Shown: positions 9,487 through 19,075, numbered from the stretch's first letter. The stretch: DNA of 64,000 bases from an uncultured Acidobacteriota bacterium (GCA_963805975.1 CAWDVR010000004.1:224001-288000); one strand, 5' to 3'. A program made the numbers and translations. The notes: generated by a model from the sequence alone, not told the origin.

Positions 9487-10344
9487 TCAGATCGCTTCGA
9501 TCTCGGGTCCCGCCAGGTGCCGCGCTACCAGGCCCTCGAGGATGCGCTCCGGGCTGATCGACCGCATTCGGAGCGACGGCGCCCGGAGCAGCGCATCGGC
9601 CAGCGCCAGCACGCGCCGCCGTTGCGGCGCCGGGATCTTCTCCGCTCGCACCGCGGTGAGGATCGCCGCCGCCGCCGCCGACCACGGCCGGCCGCTGCGC
9701 GGCTCTTCCCAACCGCCAACGCCTTCCTTCAAGGTGTCCGCCGCAGCCAAAAGGTAGACCGCGGCGTTGGATTCGGCGAAGCGACCCAGGCAGTCGGCGA
9801 AGGCACTGGCTGCGTTTTCCACCGCCTGCGGGTCGAGCGCCTCCGTGGGGCCCAAGTAGAGGGACAGCGACCGGCTGCGCAACGTGGCCAGGAGGTCGAG
9901 CCGCGACGGCGCCAGGAGCAGGAAGTGGCGGGGCGCCGTGTCGTGGGGCTCCTCCAGGTTCTTGAGCAGGCTGTTGGCGGCCTCGGCGGTCAGCGTCTCG
10001 GCGTTCCCGACCACGAAGACCTGGCCCCGCGCCTCGAACGGCGACACCTGCGCCGCGCGCAGGAAGCCGCGCGCCGCTTCGACCGAGGTCGAGGTCCGGA
10101 GGTCGCGCAGCAGGACCTGGAAGTCCGGGTGGAAGCGCTCTCCCTCGTCGCTCTCCGGCCACACGATACGCCGGCAATGCCGGCAGCGGCCGCAAGGGCG
10201 CTCCTCCGGATCCGCCTCGCACAGCAGGGTGCGGGCCAGCTCGAGAGCGGTCGCGCGGCGCTCCTCCTCGGTGCCACCGTGGAGGATCACGCCGGGGTAG
10301 AGCTCGCCGCCGCGCGCCAGGCGCAGCGCGCCTTCCCGGTTCAT
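9487..10344 (-). CDS. holB: DNA polymerase III subunit delta'
   Basis: Zn module C...PCGRCRHC, plus HPDF, AANSLLKNLEEP and LLATLRSR. Follows tmk in the conserved order. Confidence 0.85.
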   Translation of the reverse strand: MNREGALRLARGGELYPGVILHGGTEEERRATALELARTLLCEADPEERPCGRCRHCRRIVWPESDEGERFHPDFQVLLRDLRTSTSVEAARGFLRAAQVSPFEARGQVFVVGNAETLTAEAANSLLKNLEEPHDTAPRHFLLLAPSRLDLLATLRSRSLSLYLGPTEALDPQAVENAASAFADCLGRFAESNAAVYLLAAADTLKEGVGGWEEPRSGRPWSAAAAAILTAVRAEKIPAPQRRRVLALADALLRAPSLRMRSISPERILEGLVARHLAGPEIEAI

Positions 10345-11009
10345 GCTCCGGCTCCTGAAGGAGAGACCAGGAGCGGTTCGAGTGCCTTCCGCACCTGCTC
10401 CTCCGTCGCCTCCTTCTCGCCCCCCGAATCGATCACCCGGAAGCGCTCCGGCTCGGCCGCGGCGAGCGCCAGGAAGCCCTCGCGTACCCGGCGGTAGAAG
10501 GCCAGGTCCTCGGCGTCGAGGCGGTCGACGCTCCCCGCCTGCTGGCGGCGGGGCGAGTGGCCGCGCCGCCTAGCGCTGTCCGCCGGCAGGTCGAAGAGCA
10601 GTGTCAGGTCCGGCCGCCGGCCGCCGGTCGCTTCGCGGTCCACCGCCTCGATCGAGGCGAGCGGCACGCCGCGGCCGTGGCCCTGGTAGGCCACGGTCGA
10701 GTCCGTGAAGCGGTCGCAGAGCACGAGCTTGCCGGCGGCGAGCGCGGGGTCGATCACCTCCACCAGGTGCTGGCGCCGGCTGGCGAAGACCAGCAGCAGC
10801 TCGACAGTGCCGTCCGCGGCGCGGAAGCGGGCATCCAGGAACAGGCGCCGCAGCTCGTCGCCGAGCACCGTACCGCCCGGCTCGTGCGTGGTCACGGCCT
10901 CGAGCCCGGCCTCGGCGAGCCAGCGTGCCGCGCGCTTCAAATGAGTGGATTTGCCGCTGCCATCCAGCCCCTCGAAGGTGATGAAGCGGGGGCGGGCGGC
11001 CTGGCTCAT
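10341..11009 (-). CDS. tmk: Thymidylate kinase
   Basis: Motifs FITFEGLDGSGKST, EPGGT and CDRFTDSTVAYQG. Confidence 0.96.
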   Translation of the reverse strand: MSQAARPRFITFEGLDGSGKSTHLKRAARWLAEAGLEAVTTHEPGGTVLGDELRRLFLDARFRAADGTVELLLVFASRRQHLVEVIDPALAAGKLVLCDRFTDSTVAYQGHGRGVPLASIEAVDREATGGRRPDLTLLFDLPADSARRRGHSPRRQQAGSVDRLDAEDLAFYRRVREGFLALAAAEPERFRVIDSGGEKEATEEQVRKALEPLLVSPSGAGA

Positions 11010-11084
11010 GCGAAGAAGAGCGTAGCACGCGGCTCGAGGCAGCCGAGAGTCGCAAGTAGGCTAGGTGCCTGCTACTCTTCGAGC

Positions 11085-11273
11085 GTGAAGGTGGGCGAGA
11101 TTCTGCGGTTGCTCCAAGGCGATGGCTGGTATCTGGTCGCTACGCGAGGAAGCCATCGGCAGTTCAAGCACGCGAGTAAGCCAGGTCGGGTGACCGTTCC
11201 CGGCAAGCCCAGCGACGACCTGGCACCCGGTACATTGAATAGCATCTACAAGCAAGCTGGTCTCAAGAGGTGA
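11085..11273 (+). CDS. hicA: HicA-family toxin
   Basis: From GTG 11085: MKVGEILRLLQGDGWYLVATRGSHRQFKHASKPGRVTVP...PGTLNSIYKQAGL, with the GSH catalytic motif. Confidence 0.92.
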   Translation: MKVGEILRLLQGDGWYLVATRGSHRQFKHASKPGRVTVPGKPSDDLAPGTLNSIYKQAGLKR

Positions 11274-11278
11274 TCTCC

Positions 11279-11491
11279 ATGCGCTACGCCATCGTCATCG
11301 AGAAGGCAGAGGGTAACTACTCGGCCTATGCTCCCGATCTTCCCGGTTGCGTCGCCACGGGCTCGACGATCGCAGAGGTCGAAGCCGAGATGCGGGAAGC
11401 CATCGTGTTTCACGTCGAGGGCCTGCGGGAGGACGGCCTGCCCGTGCCCTCTCCCATGAGCCGTGTCGAGTACGTCGAAGTCGCAGCCTAG
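11279..11491 (+). CDS. hicB: HicB-family antitoxin (short, no C-terminal DNA-binding domain)
   Basis: MRYAIVIEKAEGNYSAYAPDLPGCVATGSTIAEVEAEMREAI. Confidence 0.92.
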   Translation: MRYAIVIEKAEGNYSAYAPDLPGCVATGSTIAEVEAEMREAIVFHVEGLREDGLPVPSPMSRVEYVEVAA

Positions 11492-11567
11492 GCGTGGAAA
11501 TCAATTCGGACGCCGGTACCGGGTGCTCGGCAGTGCCGCGCCGGTCGAACCATACGAGGATGCCCGT

Positions 11568-12188
11568 ATGAGCAGCCATGAGGTCTCGGACGTCGTGATC
11601 GACCTCTCGCACTACAACGAGGTCACGAGCTTTTCGGAGGCCAAGGCCGGGGGGATCGTCGGCGTCATCCACAAGGCGACCCAGGGCACGAGCGGGGTCG
11701 ATCCCACCTACGCGAGCCGCCGCCCGCAGGCGCTGGCGGCCGGCCTCTGGTGGGGTGCGTACCACTTCGGCACCGGCGACGACGTCGTGGCGCAGGCGCA
11801 GCACTTCCTCTCCACGGTGAACCCCGGCCCGCAGGATCTGCTGGCGCTGGATTTCGAGGGCGATGGCAACGACACGATGACGCTCGAGCAAGCCGAGCAG
11901 TTCGTGAGCGCCGTCTACCAGCAGACGGGCCGCTATCCCGGCCTCTACTCAGGCTCGCTCGCCGGCAACGACCTCGCCAACAACCCCAGCACGGTCCTCG
12001 CTAACTGCTGGTTCTGGCGCGCCGAGTACGGCGTGTCGTCCCCCGTCGTGCCGTCCACTTGGCCCACCTGGACGATGTGGCAGTACACGAGCGGCGGCAC
12101 GGCACCGGGGATCGGCGGGGCCTGCGATCGAGATCAGTTCAACGGCAGCCTCGACGCCCTGGCCCTGCTCTGGGGCACTGCCGGCTGA
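11568..12188 (+). CDS. Glycoside hydrolase family 25 muramidase (lysozyme)
   Basis: Motifs IDLSHY, HKATQG, GAYHF, LDFE (DxE), WQYT and CDRD. No obvious signal peptide. Confidence 0.9.
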   Translation: MSSHEVSDVVIDLSHYNEVTSFSEAKAGGIVGVIHKATQGTSGVDPTYASRRPQALAAGLWWGAYHFGTGDDVVAQAQHFLSTVNPGPQDLLALDFEGDGNDTMTLEQAEQFVSAVYQQTGRYPGLYSGSLAGNDLANNPSTVLANCWFWRAEYGVSSPVVPSTWPTWTMWQYTSGGTAPGIGGACDRDQFNGSLDALALLWGTAG

Positions 12189-12194
12189 CGAGCC

Positions 12195-13760
12195 TTACCG
12201 CAACAGCCGCGGCAGTGCTTCTCGCACTTCCTCCGTCGTCATCCCGAGCTTCCCCGCAGCCGCCACCAGTGCCTCGAGGTCCACCGGGTAGAGGCCGGCG
12301 CGAGCCGGGTCGGCGAGGCCGGCAATGTTGCGCGGCTCGATCGCCTGGCTGATCCAGCGCGAGAAAGCCTCGACGTCCGGCTCAGGTGCCTCGAGCTGGC
12401 GGACGGCCTCCGCGAGCACGCCCGAAACCAGCGCATCGCGGCAGCCGAAGAAGCCTTCCCAGGCCCAGTCCCTGGCCTCGGGCGCGAGGCGGCGGGATGC
12501 CTCGGTGAAGCTCACGAAGGCGAAGTAGAGCATCGCGTACGCCTCGAAGAGCTGGAAGTCCGCCATCGTCCGGTAGGCGCCGGAGACCAGGCGGTCCACA
12601 GCGTCCGCCTCTTCGGCGAGGAGAGCTTCGTAGCGCGCCAGCCCCGCGGCCGAGGGCAGGCCGGACGCGAAGAGGCTTCCCACCCGCTCGATGCCCGCCA
12701 AGCTCCAGGCGATGCCGGTCGAGAACAGCGGGTCGGTGAAGGCGAAGGCGCTGGGCAGCAGCAGCCAGCGCTCGCCGGCAGCCCGCGACAGCCGGTGCTG
12801 GAGGCGGGGCACGGCGCGCACGGGGAAGAGCGGCTCGGAAGGCGCGAACTGGCGGCCGATCGACGGGTAGCGCGCGAGGAGCCGCTCCCAGAGCGCCGCG
12901 GGGTCGGCCAGGCCCTGCTCCAGGAGCTGGCGCGCCTCCGGTTTCCGGCGGTCGAGCATGAAACCGGCGCTCACCACGCCGTGGTCGAAGCCCAGCACGT
13001 ACATCCAACCCAGGTCGAGCAAGTGGTGGAGAGCCGCCTTGTCGTCCGGGTAGGGGCCGGGCGGAAGGGCCACGCCTTCGCGCTCCGCCACGGCGGCGAA
13101 GTCCAAGGCGCCGGAGAAGTGGCTGTAGACCAGACCGGCGTCCACCGTGATGCGCTCTGGTGCCGGTGCGATGGGGAGGGCCCGGGCGAGGAAGCCGCCG
13201 GCGCCCGAGGCGTCGATCACGAAGCCGGCCGCGACCTCGAGCCGCCGGCCCTGCCGCTCACCGCCGAGGCTCACCCCCGTCGCGCCGATCTCCACTCGGT
13301 CGAGCGCCGTCTCGTCGAGGTAGACGGCCCCTGCCTCGACCGCCCGGTCGAGGAGGAAGTGGTCCACGTCGGCGCGCAACCAGTGCGTATCGGAGATGCC
13401 GTCGTGCGGGCTCGCCGCCACCAGCAGACGCTCGTTCGCGGCTTCGTGAAACGAGCGGCCGGGCCGATGCCCGAAGAAGCTGAAGCCACGCTTCAAGCCG
13501 CGGCGCACCTGCGGCAGGCGCTCCATCCAGCGCCCGTAGGCCGAGAGGGCGTGAAGGTCTTCCAGGCCGTAGCGCGCGGCGAGCGCGTCGAGCGCGATGG
13601 CGGCGAGCGGCGTCGAGGACTCGCCGATCGCGAAGCGCGGGTGCCTGCCGCGTTCGAGGAGCGCCACGCGATAGCCCTGCGCGAGCAGCACGCGCGCCGC
13701 GATCGAGCCGGCGAAGCCGGAGCCGACGATCGCCACGTCGCAGGCGAGGCTCTCGCTCAT
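12195..13760 (-). CDS. Flavin-dependent halogenase-like oxidoreductase
   Basis: FAD motif GSGFAG, IGES, LKRGF (catalytic-Lys position), GWMYVL (WxWxIP variant) and FTDPLFSTG (FxxPxxSxG). ATGA overlap with the rSAM gene. Confidence 0.82.
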   Translation of the reverse strand: MSESLACDVAIVGSGFAGSIAARVLLAQGYRVALLERGRHPRFAIGESSTPLAAIALDALAARYGLEDLHALSAYGRWMERLPQVRRGLKRGFSFFGHRPGRSFHEAANERLLVAASPHDGISDTHWLRADVDHFLLDRAVEAGAVYLDETALDRVEIGATGVSLGGERQGRRLEVAAGFVIDASGAGGFLARALPIAPAPERITVDAGLVYSHFSGALDFAAVAEREGVALPPGPYPDDKAALHHLLDLGWMYVLGFDHGVVSAGFMLDRRKPEARQLLEQGLADPAALWERLLARYPSIGRQFAPSEPLFPVRAVPRLQHRLSRAAGERWLLLPSAFAFTDPLFSTGIAWSLAGIERVGSLFASGLPSAAGLARYEALLAEEADAVDRLVSGAYRTMADFQLFEAYAMLYFAFVSFTEASRRLAPEARDWAWEGFFGCRDALVSGVLAEAVRQLEAPEPDVEAFSRWISQAIEPRNIAGLADPARAGLYPVDLEALVAAAGKLGMTTEEVREALPRLLR

Positions 13761-14716
13761 GGCCTGGAGCCCCCACCGCAGGCGATGCAGGCCACGCGAG
13801 CCTCTGCCGTGCCCGAGAGGTTGAGGCGCGCGAGCCGTGCCCGGCGCGCGCCGGCGCACTCCGGGCAGCACGCGAAGCGCTCGAGGTCCCAGAGGTCCGC
13901 GCTCACCACGCCACCGTGGAGGGCGAGGCAGGCGTCGAGCGCGTCCTCCAGGTCCGCGAGCGACGGCGGCGTGAAGTGACCCTGGCGCTCCAGCTCTTCC
14001 AGCGCCCCGTTGCCGCCTCGTACGGGGATCAGCGAAACGCTCGCCGCGCCCTGCTCGAAGGCGTGCTCGGCCGAGCGCACGGCCCAGGCCACGGACTCGG
14101 CCGCAGGCACGAAGGGCGTGCCCACGAGCACGAAGGCGCGAAGCCCCAGGCCCGCGTTGCGCAGAAGTGCCGCGGCGCGGTCGAAGTCCTCGATCGTCAT
14201 CGCCTTGCCCAGCTGCGGAAGGGCCTGCGGATGGATCGTTTCGAGCCCGATCGCCACTTCGAGCCGGCCGTCGAGCCGCTCCCCGAAGGCGAGCGCCCGC
14301 CGGCCAACGAGCCGCGCGTGGCTCTCGACGACCGTGCGGAGAAACGGCCGGGCGAGCGCCGCCAGCGCGGCGTCGTCTTCCGGCGGCACGGCCCGCGGCT
14401 CAAAGAAGTTGCTCGCGTTGTAGAGCTTGAGGAGAGTGCCGCCGGGGTCCGGGGCCCCGAGCTCCGCGAGCCCGGCCTCGACCTGGGCCGGCAGGGCGCC
14501 CGCCGGCGTGGGGCCGTCCAGAGTGTGCTGCCAGAGGTCGCAGAACACGCAGGTGAACGGGCACTCGGCGCCCGCCAGGAAGAGCGTCGCGGCGGGCACC
14601 ACACCGTGGTCCGCCGTGCGCTCCTCTTCGAGCAGCGCGCCGAGCGGCCGGAAGGGATCGACGAAAGGCTTCGCCGGGCGCAGGGCGCGGACGTCGGGTT
14701 CGGCCGTCGCCGGCAT
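13757..14716 (-). CDS. Radical SAM protein, RaSEA/Elp3-like (TIGR01210-like)
   Basis: CPFTCVFC, KLYNASNFF, LEVAIGLET, GHFTPPSL, and C-terminal CPEC and CIAC. TGATG overlap with the upstream gene. Confidence 0.85.
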   Translation of the reverse strand: MPATAEPDVRALRPAKPFVDPFRPLGALLEEERTADHGVVPAATLFLAGAECPFTCVFCDLWQHTLDGPTPAGALPAQVEAGLAELGAPDPGGTLLKLYNASNFFEPRAVPPEDDAALAALARPFLRTVVESHARLVGRRALAFGERLDGRLEVAIGLETIHPQALPQLGKAMTIEDFDRAAALLRNAGLGLRAFVLVGTPFVPAAESVAWAVRSAEHAFEQGAASVSLIPVRGGNGALEELERQGHFTPPSLADLEDALDACLALHGGVVSADLWDLERFACCPECAGARRARLARLNLSGTAEARVACIACGGGSRP

Positions 14717-16056
14717 CAGGCGGCCGGGCGGTAGAGATCCAGGAAGTGGCGGCGGTACGCCTCGGCGTCCTGCCCCAGCCGCCCCATGAAGACCGCGCCC
14801 GGCAGCGCGCCGTGCTGGAAGCGCCGCTTGGGGAAGACGGGCATGTCGAGCCCGGTCCAATGCCGGAGACCGCGGCGGACGATCTCGCCCTTCAAGGCGT
14901 AGAGGCGCTCATGGTCTCCTGCCGCCAGCTCGGCGAAGGGGATGGCCTCGGCCACCGCGATCACCGCCGGTCGCGTGTAGGGGGAGAAGCCCAGGAAGCC
15001 GTGGCGGGCGAGCGGCGCCGAGGTGCGCACCGTGCCGCGCGAGAGGCCGCCGCTGTAGGTCAGCGAGTGCTTGATCGCCTCCACCCCCCAGCCCTCCTGG
15101 TAGAGCATGCGGTTGTTCACCACGCTCCGGATGGTCAGCTCCGGGTTCTCCTCGATCGGGTAGTCCTTCAGGTTCTCGTCTCCTCCGTCGCCGTCGGCCA
15201 GGTGGCGCCAGGCCGGGTAGCGGCGCCGGATGCCGCCGAGGAGCGCCAGCGCCACGGCCGCGCACTCGACGTCGAGCGGCTTGTAGTCCTCGATCACCTC
15301 GACCGCCGCCAGCGGGTCGACCTCGCCGGCGCCGGCCTCGATCACCTCGCCCAGCATCTCGAGGTCGAGCCGCGAGAGGAACTCCCGCGCCTGGGCCAGG
15401 TCCTCGCCGCCGCCGTCCACGGCGAGCGTGAAGGCCTTGAGCCGCACCGGGCTCTGCCCCAGGTCGAGGAGGGTGCGATAGACGGCGAGGAGCACGGCAC
15501 CGCTGTCGATGCCGCCCGAGAACAGCACGCCGATCGGCTCCTCGGGGCCCACGGCCGAGAGCCAGGCGCGGGTCTCTTCGAGGAGCGCCCCCACGTAGCG
15601 GCGCCCGATCTCGTCGAGGTCCGGCGCCAGCACTCCGCGCGGCGGGTCGAAGAAGCGGCGGTAGGTGGGGTTGGGGTCCGGGCAGCCCACCAGGCGCAGG
15701 TTCGTCACGTGGTGGGCCGGCGCCATGCGCGTGTAGCTGGGGTGGAACTGGCCGCCGTGCCCCTCGGCCTCGAGGCAGCGGCGGATCTCGTCGATGCGCT
15801 CGGCCACCACCAGCATGGGCCCCGCGGCTTCCTTGGCCAGGAAGTAGCGCAGCGGCCGGTCCAGGCTCCGCGCCAGGGCCACGCGCTCGCCGTCGCGGGC
15901 CATCAGGGCGAACGACCCCTGGATGCCGAGCACCGCGGCCGGGTCGTCGTCCAGCAGGCGCCGGCGCGCTTCGTCCACGGAGAGGTTGAGGATCTGCTGG
16001 CGGCCGGGGTCGACGAGGTCGATGACGCGGGCGATGGGGCGGTGTGGAGTCAGCAT
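14716..16056 (-). CDS. Asparagine-synthetase-like ATP pyrophosphatase / amide ligase lacking the N-terminal catalytic Cys
   Basis: PP-loop LFSGGIDS, plus DGDGGDENL, YALKGEIVR and PKRRFQHG. Truncated Ntn-like N-terminus (GSFALM...ALARSL..PLRY). Confidence 0.82.
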   Translation of the reverse strand: MLTPHRPIARVIDLVDPGRQQILNLSVDEARRRLLDDDPAAVLGIQGSFALMARDGERVALARSLDRPLRYFLAKEAAGPMLVVAERIDEIRRCLEAEGHGGQFHPSYTRMAPAHHVTNLRLVGCPDPNPTYRRFFDPPRGVLAPDLDEIGRRYVGALLEETRAWLSAVGPEEPIGVLFSGGIDSGAVLLAVYRTLLDLGQSPVRLKAFTLAVDGGGEDLAQAREFLSRLDLEMLGEVIEAGAGEVDPLAAVEVIEDYKPLDVECAAVALALLGGIRRRYPAWRHLADGDGGDENLKDYPIEENPELTIRSVVNNRMLYQEGWGVEAIKHSLTYSGGLSRGTVRTSAPLARHGFLGFSPYTRPAVIAVAEAIPFAELAAGDHERLYALKGEIVRRGLRHWTGLDMPVFPKRRFQHGALPGAVFMGRLGQDAEAYRRHFLDLYRPAA

Positions 16057-16093
16057 GGTGGAATTCTAGCCTCAGAGAGGACGCACTCCGGCC

Positions 16094-16129
16094 CCCTCTC
16101 CCACTTGCGGGAGAGGGCTGGGGTGAGGG
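16094..16129. repeat. REP-like short palindromic element
   Basis: CCCTCTCCC-ACTTGC-GGGAGAGGG followed by CTGGGGTGAGGG, an intergenic repeat form common in GC-rich bacteria. Confidence 0.6.
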
Positions 16130-16231
16130 TGTCGTGTGCGAAGGCGCTGTGGGCACGGGTTGGTTATAGGATGCGCCGAGCTTTTTGCCGGAGAAGTCGT
16201 GATCGCGTTCCGGAGACGGGGTGTGGGAGCC

Positions 16232-17374
16232 ATGCCGAGAGTCTTCGTAGCCAAGGAAACGCGTCCGGGCGAGACCCGGGTCGCCGCCACGCCCGAAACC
16301 GTCAAGAAGATGGTGAAGGCCGGGCTCACCGTCGCCGTCGAGAGCGGCGCGGGTCGGGCCGCCGGTTTTTCCGACAAGCTCTACGCCGATGCCGGCGCCG
16401 AGGTCGGGCCGGGCGGTGCCGCGGCCCTGGAGGCGGCGGACCTGGTGCTCCGGGTCACCGCGCCGGAGGACTCCGAGATCTCGCAGCTGCGCTCCGGAGG
16501 CATCCTCGCCGCGCTCCTCGACCCCTACCGCAACGTCGAGCTCGTTTCGAAGCTCGCCGCGCGGGGCGTCTCCGCCTTCGCCCTCGAGCTCGTGCCGCGC
16601 GTCACCCGCGCGCAGGACATCGACGTGCTCTCCTCCCAGGCCTCGATCTCCGGCTACAAGGCCGTGGTGCTCGCCGCCGCGCGCCTCGGCAAGTACTTCC
16701 CGCTGCTGATGACCGCCGCCGGCACCATCCAGCCGGCGCGGGTGGTGGTGCTGGGCGCGGGCGTCGCCGGCCTCCAGGCGCTCGCCACCGCCAAGCGCCT
16801 GGGCGCCGTGGTCGAGGTGTCGGACATCCGCGCCGCGGTCAAGGAGCAGGTCGAGTCCCTGGGCGGCAAGTTCATCGAGCTGCCGGAGATGCCTTCCGGC
16901 GAAGGCCAGGGCGGCTACGCCAAGGAGATGACGCCGGAGTTTCTCGAAAAACAGCGCGCGCTCTTGACGCAGCGGATCGCGCTCGCCGACGTGGTGATCA
17001 CCACCGCGCAGGTGCCGGGCAAGAAGGCGCCGACCCTTCTGACGCGGGCCATGGTCGAGGTGATGAAGCCGGGCTCGGTGGTGGTGGACATCGCCGCGGC
17101 GCAGGGCGGCAACTGCGAGCTGACCCGCGTGGACGAGGAAGTGGACCACAACGGCGTCCTCATCCTGGGGCCGGGGAACCTCCCCGCCACCCTGGCGCAC
17201 GACGCGAGCCTGGTCTACTCGCGGAACCTCCTCGCCCTGTTGACGCTGCTCTTGAAGGACGGCCAGCTCGCGGTGCGCGAGGACGACGAGGTGGTGCGGG
17301 GCACGCTCCTCACCCACGGTGGCCAGATCGTCAACAAAGCGGTGGCCGACCTGGCCGCCACCGCCAAGTCTTGA
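16232..17374 (+). CDS. pntA: NAD(P) transhydrogenase alpha subunit, soluble domain I (PntAA)
   Basis: Motifs KETRPGETRVAATPETV, DVLSSQA, GAGVAGLQA and GGYAKE. Confidence 0.95.
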   Translation: MPRVFVAKETRPGETRVAATPETVKKMVKAGLTVAVESGAGRAAGFSDKLYADAGAEVGPGGAAALEAADLVLRVTAPEDSEISQLRSGGILAALLDPYRNVELVSKLAARGVSAFALELVPRVTRAQDIDVLSSQASISGYKAVVLAAARLGKYFPLLMTAAGTIQPARVVVLGAGVAGLQALATAKRLGAVVEVSDIRAAVKEQVESLGGKFIELPEMPSGEGQGGYAKEMTPEFLEKQRALLTQRIALADVVITTAQVPGKKAPTLLTRAMVEVMKPGSVVVDIAAAQGGNCELTRVDEEVDHNGVLILGPGNLPATLAHDASLVYSRNLLALLTLLLKDGQLAVREDDEVVRGTLLTHGGQIVNKAVADLAATAKS

Positions 17375-17387
17375 GCGAGGGACGGGC

Positions 17388-17681
17388 ATGAGCGAAGGGT
17401 GGATCGTCGGTCTCTGGGTCCTGCTGCTCGCCACCTTCATCGGCATGGAGGTGATCCGCAACGTGTCGCGGCTCCTGCACACGCCGCTCATGTCGCTCAC
17501 CAACGCCATCTCCGCCATCGCCATCGTGGGCTCGATCCTGATCGCCGGTGAGGAGCAGTCCACCTTCTCGACCGTGATCGGCGCGATCGCCGTGGCGGCG
17601 TCGATGACCAACATCGTCTCCGGCTTCCTGATCACCGACCGCATGCTCAAGATGTTCAAGAAGCGGGAGCCCGGCAAGTGA
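17388..17681 (+). CDS. pntAB: NAD(P) transhydrogenase alpha subunit, membrane part (PntAB)
   Basis: Motifs LHTPLMSLTNAIS and GFLITDRML. Confidence 0.93.
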   Translation: MSEGWIVGLWVLLLATFIGMEVIRNVSRLLHTPLMSLTNAISAIAIVGSILIAGEEQSTFSTVIGAIAVAASMTNIVSGFLITDRMLKMFKKREPGK

Positions 17682-19075
17682 ACGTCGAGATCGTCACCCA
17701 GCTCGCCTACATACTGGCGGCGGGGCTCTTCGTCCTGTCGCTCAAGTGGCTCTCGCGCCCCACCACCGCGCGCCGCGGCGTCATGGCCGGCGTGCTGGGC
17801 ATGACGGCCGCGGTGGCCGGCACGCTGCTCCACCCGGAGATCGTCAGCTACAAGTGGATCCTGCTCGCCATGGTGGCGGGCACGCTGATCGGCATCCCCC
17901 TCTCCTGGGTGCCGCTCACCGCCGTGCCGCAGCGGACGGCCCTGTCGCACGCCTTCGGCGGCCTCGCCGCGGGCCTCGTGGGCACCGCCAAGTTCTACCT
18001 CTGGCACGACGACGGCTCGCTCACCGCCTTCCGCACCTCGGTGATCGTGATCGAGGTGATCCTGGGCTACCTCACCTTCACCGGCAGCCTGATGGCGGCC
18101 GGCAAGCTCCAGGAGGTGCTGCCGACGCGGCCCATCACCTACCGCGGGCAGAACGTCGTCAACCTGCTACTGCTGGCGGTGGCGGTGGTGGCCGGCGTGG
18201 TGCTCGCCGTGGACCCGAGCCACTCCTACCTCTTCCCGGTGATCATCGTCCTCTCGCTCTCCTTCGGTGTCTTCCTGATCCTGCCGATCGGCGGCGCGGA
18301 CATGCCCACCGTGATCTCGCTCCTCAACTCCTACGCCGGTCTCGCAGCCGTGGCCATGGGCTTCGTTTTGGACAACAAGCTCCTGATCACCGCCGGCGCG
18401 CTCGACGGCGCCTCGGGCCTGATCCTGTCGATCATCATGTGCAAGGCCATGAACCGCTCGTTCACCAACGTGCTGTTCGGCGCTTTCGGCTCGGTGCAGA
18501 CGGCGGTAGCCGCGGCGAGCCAGAAGGCCGTCAAGTCCGCCACCGCCGAGGACGCGGCCCAGCTCCTGGAGAACGCCAACCGGGTGGTGATCGTGCCCGG
18601 CTACGGCATGGCCGTGGCGCAGGCCCAGCACCGCGTGCGCGACCTCTACGATCAGCTCGCCAAGCGCGGGGTGGACGTGCGCTTCGCCATCCATCCGGTG
18701 GCCGGCCGCATGCCCGGCCACATGAACGTGCTCCTGGCCGAGGCCAACATCCCCTACGACCGGCTGGTGGAGATGGACGACATCAACCCGGACTTCCCGG
18801 AGGTGGACGTCGCCCTGGTGGTGGGTGCCAACGACGTGGTGAACCCGGCTGCCAAGAACACGCCCGGCAGCCCGATCTACGGCATGCCGATCCTCGACGT
18901 CTACAAGGCCCGGACCGTGCTCGCCAACAAGCGCTCGATGAACCCCGGCTTCGCCGGCATCGACAACGAGCTCTACACCCTGGACCAGACCCTGATGGTC
19001 TTCGGCGACGCCAAGTCCGTGATCGGCGACATCGTCAAGGTGCTGTCGGGCGAGGGCGGGGGGATGGGGCACTAG
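17678..19075 (+). CDS. pntB: NAD(P) transhydrogenase beta subunit
   Basis: Motifs IGGADMPTVISLLNSY, VPGYGMAVAQAQH and HPVAGRMPGHMNVLLAEA. Confidence 0.96.
   Translation: MNVEIVTQLAYILAAGLFVLSLKWLSRPTTARRGVMAGVLGMTAAVAGTLLHPEIVSYKWILLAMVAGTLIGIPLSWVPLTAVPQRTALSHAFGGLAAGLVGTAKFYLWHDDGSLTAFRTSVIVIEVILGYLTFTGSLMAAGKLQEVLPTRPITYRGQNVVNLLLLAVAVVAGVVLAVDPSHSYLFPVIIVLSLSFGVFLILPIGGADMPTVISLLNSYAGLAAVAMGFVLDNKLLITAGALDGASGLILSIIMCKAMNRSFTNVLFGAFGSVQTAVAAASQKAVKSATAEDAAQLLENANRVVIVPGYGMAVAQAQHRVRDLYDQLAKRGVDVRFAIHPVAGRMPGHMNVLLAEANIPYDRLVEMDDINPDFPEVDVALVVGANDVVNPAAKNTPGSPIYGMPILDVYKARTVLANKRSMNPGFAGIDNELYTLDQTLMVFGDAKSVIGDIVKVLSGEGGGMGH

Noticed and set aside
11085-12188. Prophage
   Set aside because: Only a lysin-like gene and a TA pair are present, with no structural, replication or integrase genes.
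14716-16056. Lasso-peptide cyclase / RiPP cluster interpretation
   Set aside because: No B1 (RRE), B2 protease, SPASM domain or precursor ORF is visible nearby.
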